18,201 nt of DNA from Gammaproteobacteria bacterium (GTDB lineage Bacteria > Pseudomonadota > Gammaproteobacteria > UBA4575): NCBI GenBank assembly GCA_965221955.1, contig CBDCTA010000019.1, positions 1 to 18,201 on the forward strand. Reading direction: 5' to 3'. The notes under the pieces are model-generated. The model searched no databases, was not told where the DNA came from, and saw only the letters and a program-made list of their open reading frames with translations. This document shows positions 1-9,697 of the stretch, piece after piece. The position numbers and the translations under genes were made by a program. Every line of letters begins with the position of its first letter. Position 1 is the first letter of the stretch.

Positions 1-22
1 CAAATTTCTCATTAGGAATTTA

Positions 23-409
23 TTAATATATTTTACTTGGTGTAGGTAAATTAATATTTACTCCACACGAGTTAGCAAGCGCATAGTAATATGTACTAAC
101 CGCAGTCCAGTGCCAATATTCAGGATGCTCTTCCAACCATTTGTTATAAATCGCATGTAACTGAATAATTGATTTATTTGACGAACACTCATAAATCCAT
201 TCAAGTTGTGTCTCTTTTGATCTGTAACCAAGCGCATCATTCATTCCAGCTATATATATCCTTTGTACCAAATCTATAAGTACTTTACTTCTATCCTGAG
301 CTAAATTCAGGTACTCATCAGCAGTGTAAAAATTCCAAACATTTATAGTTTCTTTCCCATAACAAAGTATTGGAATATAAATTACAAAGAATAAAACTAT
401 ATTTTTCAT
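23..409 (-). CDS. Secreted hypothetical protein, Rap1a/Tai-family immunity-protein-like
   Basis: ATG at 409 gives MKNIVLFFVIYIPILCYG (signal peptide), preferred over the GTG at 421. YIAGMNDAL...C...QLHAIYNKWLEEHPEYWH...AL..C resembles the Rap1a pattern YIxGVxD...C...Q...YLxxHPE..H...AL...C. Confidence 0.55.
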   Translation of the reverse strand: MKNIVLFFVIYIPILCYGKETINVWNFYTADEYLNLAQDRSKVLIDLVQRIYIAGMNDALGYRSKETQLEWIYECSSNKSIIQLHAIYNKWLEEHPEYWHWTAVSTYYYALANSCGVNINLPTPSKIY

Positions 410-440
410 TATGCTATACACTTGTTTAAATTGGTGGACA

Positions 441-1157
441 TTAAAAGTTATTTACTTTTTTTAAAACAAAATGAATTGGAATTGTATATGAATATATATC
501 TCGATCATTCCTAATATCCATAGGAACAGGTGGTAACGGAGATGCTTGTTTAATCATTCTTACAACTGCTTTATTTAAAGCACTATATTTAGCAGGTTTT
601 ATAATTTTGTAGGAAAGTAATTTTCCCTCAGCATTTATTGCAAATTCGAATGTCACTGTCCCTTGTTGACCTCGACGTCTTGCAATATCGGGATATTTTT
701 TATGACGTTCTAACCATTCAAGAAGTTGATATTCGTAAGTTTGTTTTATAGATAAATCATTTTCACTACTAGCATAATTAGAGTCTTCAGATTGATTGTA
801 TTTAAGCGGCTCTACTTCAGGTTGATGAATAATTACGGGTTTGACAACTGAACTAAGCTTAGCTTCTAGTTTTGATTTTGGCTTTTCGACTGATTTCAAT
901 TTAGGTTTAGGTTTTGGCTCAGCTTTAGGTTCAGGCAAAGGTTCAACTCTAGGTTGAACGATAGGAGGTGGTTTTATATTTGGCGGGGAGGTTATTTTTT
1001 TTAAATTGATAATCAAACTTTTTTGACTAAACCCCTCACTCTTTGATTCCTGGCTTGGTTGATAGACTAGAAAAAATAACAAATGGGCAACTAATGCAAA
1101 AAATAGTGCATAAACCCAATGTCTAGAGTTTATTTGAAATGGTTCATCTAAAATCAT
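441..1157 (-). CDS. tonB: Energy transducer TonB
   Basis: N-terminal TM helix with the conserved His (ALVAHLLFF), Pro/Lys/Glu-rich linker (EPKAEPKPKPK), TonB_C domain (YPDIARRRGQQGTV...IPIHF). ATG at 1157 lies 10 nt after the exbD stop; the track start at 1190 overlaps exbD. Confidence 0.9.
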   Translation of the reverse strand: MILDEPFQINSRHWVYALFFALVAHLLFFLVYQPSQESKSEGFSQKSLIINLKKITSPPNIKPPPIVQPRVEPLPEPKAEPKPKPKLKSVEKPKSKLEAKLSSVVKPVIIHQPEVEPLKYNQSEDSNYASSENDLSIKQTYEYQLLEWLERHKKYPDIARRRGQQGTVTFEFAINAEGKLLSYKIIKPAKYSALNKAVVRMIKQASPLPPVPMDIRNDRDIYSYTIPIHFVLKKVNNF

Positions 1158-1167
1158 TTGTGAGTTA

Positions 1168-1578
1168 CTACTGAATAGACCCAGGTGCAACTGTTAATAA
1201 GTGAATTGATGAAAGTTCAGTGTTACTTAATAATTCCATAACATCAATCAAGCGAGTAGCATTCATGTTTGCATCTGCTTTAAGCTGAAGTTGAACAAGC
1301 GGACCACTTTCAATTTCATCGTTGACCGTTTTGATTAGCTCTTCTTCACTTAAAATTGATTGATTAAGGGCAATTTCACCATTTTCATTCATCAAAATGG
1401 TTAGAACTTTGCGATCTGCAGTATTGTCGTTCTCCGCGGTCGGGACAATAACTTCAAATAAATCCGGCTTACTAAATGCTCCCGCCAACATGAAAAAAAT
1501 TAGCAATAAAAAAACAACATTCACAAGTGGCAAAATATTTTCTGAATAGTTTGTTGTTGTAACTTGTTTGACTTGCAT
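1168..1578 (-). CDS. exbD: ExbD/TolR-family biopolymer transport protein (Asn variant, PLVNVVFLLL)
   Basis: NILPLVNVVFLLLIFFMLA TM motif; C-terminal LKAD...LIDVMELL; located between exbB/exbD and tonB. Confidence 0.9.
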   Translation of the reverse strand: MQVKQVTTTNYSENILPLVNVVFLLLIFFMLAGAFSKPDLFEVIVPTAENDNTADRKVLTILMNENGEIALNQSILSEEELIKTVNDEIESGPLVQLQLKADANMNATRLIDVMELLSNTELSSIHLLTVAPGSIQ

Positions 1579-1582
1579 CTTT

Positions 1583-1981
1583 TTATGTATTTATTTTTGC
1601 TAGAGAAACATTTTTATCTGCAAACTCGCTAATTTGATCGAGTATTGTTACTAGGGATTGCAATGAAACTCCATCGTGTGGCTGAATGATGATAGGATGA
1701 TTAATATTAATTCGACAACGTTCCCTAACGATTGAAATAATTTCGTTAATCTCCATTTCTTCGTCATTCAATGTATAAGCTCCATCTGGAATCAATTCAA
1801 TTGTGCTGGTGCTGCGACTATCTACTCGCATTTCATCTGCTTTGCCAACACCTAACTCAATAAATTTCCATTCAGCAAAACTTGATGCAAGCATAAAAAA
1901 GATCAACAAAATAAAAACCACATCTATTAGCGGAGTTAAACTAACCAGTGAGTGTTTTCTTTGTGATTTCGCAAGTTGCAT
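1583..1981 (-). CDS. exbD: ExbD/TolR-family biopolymer transport protein
   Basis: SLTPLIDVVFILLIFFML signature with the proton-channel Asp. Confidence 0.92.
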   Translation of the reverse strand: MQLAKSQRKHSLVSLTPLIDVVFILLIFFMLASSFAEWKFIELGVGKADEMRVDSRSTSTIELIPDGAYTLNDEEMEINEIISIVRERCRININHPIIIQPHDGVSLQSLVTILDQISEFADKNVSLAKINT

Positions 1982-2024
1982 GAGGATTGAAAGCTTATTT
2001 TATCAATGGACTAATTTTCTCATC

Positions 2025-2819
2025 TTAATGAGAAATAGATTTAACTGTTTCTAATTTTGTTTCAGCGTTGATTGACTTTTTATTCATTGCATGTAGTGTA
2101 AAAACTTGTGTCATTGCATCTTCCAATGCTAATTGAAATTTAGTAATTCTTTGCTCCAACCAGTTCAATATAAAAATAGCAGGAATTGCAACACTGAGCC
2201 CCATTGCTGTTGTTAATAATGCTTCCCAAATCCCTCCGGATAAAATTGCAGGATCTACTGCAGTACCTGCAGCTTCTAATCGCTTAAATGCTTCGATCAT
2301 TCCAAATACTGTTCCAAGAAGCCCAAGTAATGGACTAAGAGCTGCAATTACTTCAATAGGTTTTAGATAGGAGCGAACTGCAGCTAAATGTATTGATGCA
2401 ACTCGTAAGGTTTCTTCACGTGCAATATCATAATCACAATATTTATGCTGAATAGCATGCATTGCAGTTTCTAACACGCGTGCAATCGGATTTCTTGTTT
2501 CGTTTAATACATTTATAGCTGGTTCATATTGTCCTTCACGCCATTGCTCCAGCGCCAAGTTGATAAATTTTCGGTCATTTAATTGAATCCAATAAAAATG
2601 CCATAGCTTCACCAATACTATCGCTAATATCAATACGGAAAGTACTAATAGGATTACAACTACTGGTCCACCCGCTTCAATAAATGAAAATAGTTGATCA
2701 ATCGACCAATTATTACCAGGTGCAACAGATGCTAATTCTTGATCATTAGTTTCTAGAGATTGAACTATCTCATTTTGTTCTATCGAGGACTCTAAATTGT
2801 CTATACTTTTTTTACTCAT
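2025..2819 (-). CDS. exbB: MotA/TolQ/ExbB proton channel family protein
   Basis: GGPVV; SPLLGLLGTVFGMIEAF; LSGGIWEALLTTAMGLSVAIPA motifs. Confidence 0.93.
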   Translation of the reverse strand: MSKKSIDNLESSIEQNEIVQSLETNDQELASVAPGNNWSIDQLFSFIEAGGPVVVILLVLSVLILAIVLVKLWHFYWIQLNDRKFINLALEQWREGQYEPAINVLNETRNPIARVLETAMHAIQHKYCDYDIAREETLRVASIHLAAVRSYLKPIEVIAALSPLLGLLGTVFGMIEAFKRLEAAGTAVDPAILSGGIWEALLTTAMGLSVAIPAIFILNWLEQRITKFQLALEDAMTQVFTLHAMNKKSINAETKLETVKSISH

Positions 2820-2871
2820 TATTATTTTGCTTACTTTTTAATTTTACATATCTAAGATTTAATTGTTCTAG

Positions 2872-4302
2872 CTATCGTAACAATCTACGAACACCAAGTA
2901 TTGCGCCAGTTGTACTAAATAAAAAACCTAAACCTAAAAATGCTAATATTACGCAGTACCATAATATTGGTCGCGATATAAGGCCAGGAAAGTCAAAACT
3001 ATGAAGCCCATTGAAAAGCCATCTATACAACCTACGACCTGAATTCATTACTGAGATAATTTCGCCGGAATATTTGTCTACATGAATCCAGGTTTTTTGA
3101 TCATCGGATAAAACAACACGTAATGCGCTCGAAGGCATGCTTCCTTCACGCAAATGTGCATATATATCGTCACTTGAAATTTTTGCCACATCTATAATTT
3201 CTGAATTTGGCCAAGCAGATTGTATTGCTGTTTGTATTAGTTGTTTAGATAGCCCACTTTTTTGCAATTGCCAATTTCCTTCTGAACTTAATAGCCAAAC
3301 CTGAAATTTTTCTTTGGAAGATTTACTCAATAAAAAAGGGACATCTGCAATTATTCGAAATTCAATTTCTTTTGTATTAAAGGAAGTTACAGATTCCAAA
3401 CTAGCAAGTCTCTGCGCATCTATACTTAATGAACTTCCATTAAATGCCTTCGTTTGCATAATTGTTGGATTAGGCTTCGAGAAAATTCTTCCATGATCCA
3501 TAGACAACCAACCGCTGAAAATCCACCCCAAAACAAACAACCCAACGAAAAGCCCACCTATATGATGCCAATACATCCAACCACTATATTCTGACCATCC
3601 ACTTCGTGCACGGATGGATTTGATAATACCTAGTGTAATTCCAGTGATTGCACTGACAATACCTGCTAAAGCTAGCCACCACACAAGTTGATCCCATAGT
3701 GTCCAATTTTTACGAATAACAGTGGGATAAATCCAATGAACAACGGCCCCAAAATAATTCCATAGGCGCTGTGATCGTGTAGTTTCTTGCAATACTTGAC
3801 CATTGTGGCTTGAGATATAAATTTTTGTACGTTCTACATCATCAAATTCAACTCGATAAAAAGGACGGTAAGGGTCATAACGGTTGCTAACAATCCATTG
3901 ATCATATTCGATTTCAGCACTTATTGTTTCAATGGTTTTATCTGGATAAAAGTTACTTGCTATTTTATGTATTTGATCTGATTTAAATTCGGGAGTATCA
4001 CCTGTGATCGCATTAACAACAGTAATTCGGGAATTCGCTTCACCTTTCCACCAAATATAAGGCTCACCGAGCTTACTAATCAGCGTAACCTTATATGGGT
4101 TTTCTTGTTGAAAAGATTTTAGTTCGGATATCGATAATAAATCTTTCGAATATTTGATTACTTCACTGCGTTTAAGTCTTTCGACTTCACTTAGCGAAGG
4201 GTATGGTTGAAATATCATCACCATACCACTTAAAAACCACGCAGAAAAAAACAAACACAGCCCTACTCCGATCCATCGATGTACAAATACGAAATACTGC
4301 AT
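2872..4302 (-). CDS. PepSY-associated TM helix domain inner-membrane protein
   Basis: HRWIG, HWIY, WHHIGG and LHSFDF His-containing TM motifs with two periplasmic PepSY-like regions; starts 8 nt after the TBDR stop. Confidence 0.88.
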   Translation of the reverse strand: MQYFVFVHRWIGVGLCLFFSAWFLSGMVMIFQPYPSLSEVERLKRSEVIKYSKDLLSISELKSFQQENPYKVTLISKLGEPYIWWKGEANSRITVVNAITGDTPEFKSDQIHKIASNFYPDKTIETISAEIEYDQWIVSNRYDPYRPFYRVEFDDVERTKIYISSHNGQVLQETTRSQRLWNYFGAVVHWIYPTVIRKNWTLWDQLVWWLALAGIVSAITGITLGIIKSIRARSGWSEYSGWMYWHHIGGLFVGLFVLGWIFSGWLSMDHGRIFSKPNPTIMQTKAFNGSSLSIDAQRLASLESVTSFNTKEIEFRIIADVPFLLSKSSKEKFQVWLLSSEGNWQLQKSGLSKQLIQTAIQSAWPNSEIIDVAKISSDDIYAHLREGSMPSSALRVVLSDDQKTWIHVDKYSGEIISVMNSGRRLYRWLFNGLHSFDFPGLISRPILWYCVILAFLGLGFLFSTTGAILGVRRLLR

Positions 4303-4310
4303 GTTGCATA

Positions 4311-6538
4311 CTAGTACCGTACTACAAGATTTAACTCATAGCTTCTAGGTTCGCCCAACAAGACTTGATTGGCAAATGGAAAACCAGGATCAGTCTGTTG
4401 GAAATAAAACACATCCGACCACTGAACATAATCTTCATCTGTTGCATTACGCACACGTGCTGTGAAGTCTAAATTATTACGATATTTATAAGTTGCAGAC
4501 AAATCTAGCAAGGAATAATCTTTCAATGTGGCATCATTAGCATTGGAAGCTTCGCGATCATCGACATAGCGGTACCATGCACCGAATTCAATTGGAATTG
4601 CTTGAAACGGTCGGACGTTAATCCAAGCATTTGCGGTCCAATCCGGCACGTTGGGTGGTGTGTTTCCAGCAAATTCATCAAAGTTTGCTGAGCCTTTAAA
4701 TTCGGCATCGACATAGGCAATATTTGCTGCCACATCGAGGTAAGAAACGGGTGCGTAATTGATTGCGGCCTCAAAACCCTTAGAATCTCTGCCGCCCACG
4801 TTAGTCGTACTATCGCGGTTAAAGGTTTCAGACACATCATCTCGCTCAATGTCAAAAAATGCAAATGAAAAGTTTAAGGAATTATCAATATTTCTAGCTT
4901 TTAATCCCACTTCCCATTGCTCTGCATCCGTGAGATCAAAATCTTCACCAGCATTCACAAGAAAAATATTAGAATTCGCCGGATCTTGTGCGTCACTGTA
5001 TTGCGCATAAATATTTATATTAGGAGTTAAAGAAAACACGCCGCCAACGCGCCAACCTACTGAATCAAAGTTTCGTCCAAACCCACTAGTCTCTTCTACG
5101 CCAGCCGCATTAAAATTTCTCCGTCGCAATTGTAGATCTTCGTAACGTGCTCCCGCGACTAGACTTAATCTATCGGTCACTTGTAATGCATTTTCAAAAA
5201 ATACTCCCCAAGTATCTATATCGGTAGGACTGACCCCTCTTTCTTCAATCGGCCCATAAACACCTTGAACCGGATCAAATAGATCAACAGAGTCTCCTGC
5301 TACTGGGGAAAAACGAAACCCACGTCTGCGTCTAAAATCCGTATCCTGATAATCAACACCAACTATAAATCGGTTATCTCTACCAAAAAGCTGGTGATCT
5401 GTGGTGATATCTAGCTTGGTGCCCCATGTTCTCTGATCATGAAGTACAAAGAAAAATCCATTCGTTCGGTCTATCAAGTCAGTCACATCATTATAAATAA
5501 ACCCTTCTGCGTTAAACCAATCACGTTCCGCATCAAAGTAGTACAATGTGTTTTTTAAACGGACATTGCTTCGTGGCATCCATTCAATATCTGTGCGTAG
5601 CAATAATTGATCAGACTCTGCTTCATAATCAGACACATTATAATTTTCATCACGAGTGCGATCGTCAATGACCGTACCTGCATCAGTATCAATTATTCCA
5701 TTAATTCGATCTGTACCCACACTTGCTGGGACAAGTGGAGTTCCCCAATAATTTGCTAATTCATCTTCTAAGTAGTCCGCGCTAAATGTGAGAGAAAGAT
5801 TATTTTTAAGCTTCCACAATAAACTTCCATTAATATTTGTCGATTCAGGATCCATATCATCAACAAAACCATCTGCGCCATTTTGGCTGATATCAAATTG
5901 ATACCAAAGAGAATCAGTAACGGGTCCTTCACTACCACCACACACTTGATAAGTATCCCACCGACCATAGGACAATTGGGCTGTATGGTTATAATTATCA
6001 GTTTCACGCGCCTTTTTAGTGACCGAATTTATAGCCCCGGCAACGGTTCCTTGTCCGTGTAACCCAGATGCTGGGCCACGGATTAATTCAAGACGTTCCA
6101 AATTACATGCATTCTGTGGGCGGCTCACCATATTAGCTGGTCCTAACCATAATCCATCACGTAATATAGTAATCTGACTTCTAGTAAACCCGCGCATCGA
6201 AAAGCTTGAAGGTGCCGCAGGAGAATTACCTACTGTGACACCTGGAAGCGTAATTAAAGCATCGCCAATACTCTGTGCGCCTATTCGCTCTATATTTGTT
6301 CGATCAATTATTTCAACAGAAGCAGGTGTTTCAAATGGAGTTAAACCTAATCTACTTCCTGTGTCATTTGGTGTTGAAAGATTTAATTCACCAGGTTGAT
6401 CAAATTCTAAAATTTCAGTTCCTTCTACTGTCATGCCTTCAAGCTTTACACTATCCTCAGCAAAACTATTTGTACAAATAAATAAATTAACAGTTAAAAA
6501 GATTAAATATTTAAATCTTGTAAATAGTAGAACTTCAT
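4311..6538 (-). CDS. TonB-dependent outer-membrane receptor (siderophore-receptor-like); probable true start at 6538 via a 1-nt indel
   Basis: Plug motifs ETPASVEII, FSMRGF, LERLELIRGPASGLHG...GAIN; C-terminal GEPRSYELNLVVRY. The frame stays open upstream of the track start (6434) and encodes a signal peptide RFKYLIFLTVNLFICTNSFA. The nearest ATG (6538) is out of frame by one base. Confidence 0.88.
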
Positions 6539-6956
6539 TTATAAATATTCTTGAAAAATTTAGATCGAATTTGTGTTGATAAAATAAAAAATTGAAATCG
6601 AGTATTTCCTTCGCGTATTAATTCCATGTGTCTTAGCTAGGTCCTTTATTATTAGGTATTGTCTAGACCTATAGCATAATACTATATCTATCTATATTTA
6701 TATTAGATCTTTCTATTTTATGATTAGGAACTACCCATAGATATCACCAATACTAAAAGTTTATTAAATAATGAATTTTTAATAATTTGATGATTAAAAA
6801 TGCTAAAGAATTGTGCTAAATGTTTTTTTGTACATTTATTATTCAAAAAATATTAGAATCTATAGGAAATATAAATATCAATCCTCTTAGTCGATATAGA
6901 TAAAAACTATATATAGTCACAAATATGAATAGGACTTTTCATAAAAAAGCTATCAT

Positions 6957-8987
6957 CTACTCAAATTCCAAGGATGCACCGAGAGTTACCCCTATTCCTG
7001 GCAACACGACACGATCCTTTGTGAACGAAGTGTGTTGACGCGCATCTTCATCTAACAAGTTTTCACCTTTAAGAAACACTCTTATCCCTGTCGAATCACC
7101 TGCGTAAAATGTTTTCGATACACTTGCATTCAGCATGGTGTAGCTGTCGGTATCGGTTTCAAAATTCGCTTCGTTGTTTGAGTCATCCACATAGATAAGA
7201 TCAATACTTCCATCCCAAGTATCTCGGTAAAATTCTAAACCTAGCCCAACACGTCCTGTTGGAATACGTGGCACATCACCTACATCGCTATCGTCAAACT
7301 CTGCTCGCACATAATCTCCAAAGATGCGGCCTCGTAGATCATATGCACTATTACTGACGAGTTGTTTCACAAATTCCGCTTCAATGCCATAAAACTCTGC
7401 ATCTTCGTTTTCATACATACCTGCAATTAATTCACCCATGGGGTCCAACATGCCGTCCTCATCAACACGATCCGCTTCGCCATCATTATTGGCATCGACG
7501 AGTGCAAGATAAATGTAATCATCTATTCGGTTGTAGTAGGTATTCACTGCCCAACTGTGACTACTTTTATTTTGTTCAAGCCCGAGTTCAATATTGTAAG
7601 AAGTTTCCTCATCAATATCGGTAGAACCAGTTTCAAATGTGAGTGTCGCTAAATGTGGGCCATCAGCATATAAAGCAGTTTCTTGTGGTGCGCGTTCAGT
7701 ACGGGCAACAAGTACATTAAATTTCATATCATTCGCCAACTGGCGTTGCGCGCCGAATGAAACTGAGAACACACTAAAATCTTCATCATCACCGTTATCA
7801 GGATCAAACTCATCGCGATCAAAGCGAATACCACCTTCTAAATCCCATAACTCACTGTGGTAATGACTCACGGCAAAGATTCCATAGCGTTCTTGATCTA
7901 GAGGCTGAATAAAAGCTTCTTCACCTACTGCAGAAAAGTCACGATCGTTATACTGCACACCATACGCATTTTTCCAACCATCATTAATAATATGAATAAT
8001 CTCGAGTCTGGATTCGAGTTCTTCATTATCAAATGCCGTGGCCACTTCTCCATCTTCTTCCACTTCAAAATGGCGGTAGTTATTGTAAGTAGAGCGTAAG
8101 GAGATCTTTTCAATATTACCGAAAGGACTAAACAATTCGGCAAGCATGTCATAGCGATATTGTTTGAGGTCGATACGAATATCGCCTTCTTCCGCGCCCG
8201 GTACTCCAAAATCAGTATCCAAGCGATTATAGCCAAAGCCGATCATGCCTTTATCGGTAATGTAACTTGCCCCCAAACCATTGTTATCCGTTTCTACATC
8301 ACTATTGGCTAGACGCCCTTTATTTTCACGCTCTTCCTCATTTGCGAAACCATCAATATCATAATCATCAGTATCTCTGGTTAAACCATCGAAGTGCCAC
8401 GCAAAGGAATTATGCGAACCATTTAACTCGAGAGCAGCGGTTTCACCATCCGATACCGTGGCATGTTCTACTGCAGCTTTTAGCTCAAATGGACTTGTTT
8501 TGAGTGTTTTTGGAATTCGATTATTAATAATATTTACTACACCACCAAATGCACTTGGTCCAAAGCGTAAGGTTGCAGGTCCACGAAGAATTTCAATTTG
8601 CTTAGCAAAGTATGGCTCAATCGATACAGGATGATCTTCACTAAGACTGGATGCATCCAGTGCACCAATACCGTTTTCTAGCACACGCACTCGGTTGCTA
8701 CCTAGCCCACGTATAATGGGGCGACTCGCACCTGGCGCAAAATAAGTAGAGTTCACACCGAGCTCATTTTTAACGGTTTCACCAATTGAATTGGATTGTT
8801 TACGTTCCAATTCATCACCGCTGAGAATTTTGATTGGCTGAGTGAACTCATCTGGATCTTCACCGGGAAACCAGCTTGATTCAATTACAATTTCTGGCAA
8901 ATCATACTTCCCAGGTGCAGATCCTTCTTCTGCATATACATACGTACATGCCACAAATAGAAATGAAACTAATACCAAAGTGCGCAT
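6957..8987 (-). CDS. TonB-dependent receptor, ZnuD-like (putative zinc uptake)
   Basis: GASRPIIRG, DASSLSEDHPVSIEP, IEILRGPATLRFG and GPHLATLTFETG match the ZnuD-type family. GGGAG SD lies 6 nt before ATG 8987 (alternative start 8990). Zur boxes upstream. Confidence 0.85.
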   Translation of the reverse strand: MRTLVLVSFLFVACTYVYAEEGSAPGKYDLPEIVIESSWFPGEDPDEFTQPIKILSGDELERKQSNSIGETVKNELGVNSTYFAPGASRPIIRGLGSNRVRVLENGIGALDASSLSEDHPVSIEPYFAKQIEILRGPATLRFGPSAFGGVVNIINNRIPKTLKTSPFELKAAVEHATVSDGETAALELNGSHNSFAWHFDGLTRDTDDYDIDGFANEEERENKGRLANSDVETDNNGLGASYITDKGMIGFGYNRLDTDFGVPGAEEGDIRIDLKQYRYDMLAELFSPFGNIEKISLRSTYNNYRHFEVEEDGEVATAFDNEELESRLEIIHIINDGWKNAYGVQYNDRDFSAVGEEAFIQPLDQERYGIFAVSHYHSELWDLEGGIRFDRDEFDPDNGDDEDFSVFSVSFGAQRQLANDMKFNVLVARTERAPQETALYADGPHLATLTFETGSTDIDEETSYNIELGLEQNKSSHSWAVNTYYNRIDDYIYLALVDANNDGEADRVDEDGMLDPMGELIAGMYENEDAEFYGIEAEFVKQLVSNSAYDLRGRIFGDYVRAEFDDSDVGDVPRIPTGRVGLGLEFYRDTWDGSIDLIYVDDSNNEANFETDTDSYTMLNASVSKTFYAGDSTGIRVFLKGENLLDEDARQHTSFTKDRVVLPGIGVTLGASLEFE

Positions 8988-9071
8988 CATAAACTCCCAC
9001 ACATACACAGGCTCTATTTATCAGGGCCAATAAATCAATAAAGAAAAGGACAATAAAACTCGTTATTGTTA

Positions 9072-9104
9072 TGTTATATTATAACTAAGTGTTATAATAT
9101 AACA
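9072..9104. promoter_or_regulatory. Two tandem Zur boxes
   Basis: TGTTATATTATAAC (9072-9085) and TGTTATAATATAACA (9090-9104) match the proteobacterial Zur core TGTTATAWTATAACA; they lie between a ZnuD-like gene and a divergent merC-family gene. Confidence 0.85.
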
Positions 9105-9194
9105 TTAATTCATCAAATAAAAAATAGTTTTCAACTACATGAAAACGATTTTAGATAAACCCCGGCTAAGGGCTGAATCCATTTTGACTAAGCT

Positions 9195-9615
9195 ATGATT
9201 AATGCACGCCCACTTACGAACAAAGCAGCCATTAGTTTGTCTTTCCTATGTATGATTCACTGCTTGGTTCTGCCTCTTTTAGTCGTTTTACTTCCTTCTA
9301 TTGCAGCCTTGCCATTAACGGATGAAATTTTTCCATGTATGGATGGTAGTGGCTGTGATTCCAATTTCAGCCTATGCACTTACAATGGGCTGCAAAAACC
9401 ACAAGCGTTACCAAATATTATGGATAGGTAGTATCGGCTTACTAATTTTATGCGTTGTTGCCTTTTTGGGTCACGATTTGCTAGGCGAAGAATTAGAAAA
9501 AGTTTTCACTATCATAGGCTCAATGATTATAGTTATTGCCCACGTATTGAATTATCGTTTATGCCAGCCTCAGGACATGTGTGCATGTCCTGAACAAAAC
9601 GATAATAGGATTTAA
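9195..9615 (+). CDS. MerC-domain membrane protein; +1 frameshift as sequenced at 9325-9332
   Basis: AISLSFLCMIHCLVLP (CxxHC) in ORF 9195-9431; FHVW..., GCKNH, AHVLNYRLC and C-terminal CAC in ORF 9322-9615. Removing one base from AAATTTTT joins the two (DE[F/I]FHVWM). Confidence 0.82.
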
Positions 9616-9697
9616 TGCAACAGACACTTCTTTTAAGACTTAGTTAGAACAAGTTGTTATATCTGATTTAACGCAGAACTATCAAATTTACTTAAGC

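Noticed and set aside
860-990. Repetitive ttaggt/tttagg sequence in tonB
   Set aside because: Encodes the normal Pro-Lys/Glu-Pro TonB linker; not a DNA repeat element.
2016-2035. 8-bp inverted repeat TTTCTCAT-CTTA-ATGAGAAA over the exbB stop
   Set aside because: Weak AT-rich stem inside an operon; arms are in the wrong orientation for a Fur box.
6540-6956. Possible riboswitch, Fur box or small gene upstream of the TBDR operon
   Set aside because: Very AT-rich; the best Fur-like string (AATAATGAATTTTTAATAA) matches only one half; no cobalamin or TPP core motifs; only short inverted repeats such as TAGGTC/GACCTA.
9325-9332. Programmed -1 frameshift at AAATTTT in the merC-like gene
   Set aside because: The required shift is +1 and the heptamer is not in X XXY YYZ phase; similar indels occur elsewhere in the window.
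9195-9615. Mercury-resistance locus
   Set aside because: No merR, merA, merT or merP in the window; the Zur boxes point to zinc homeostasis.
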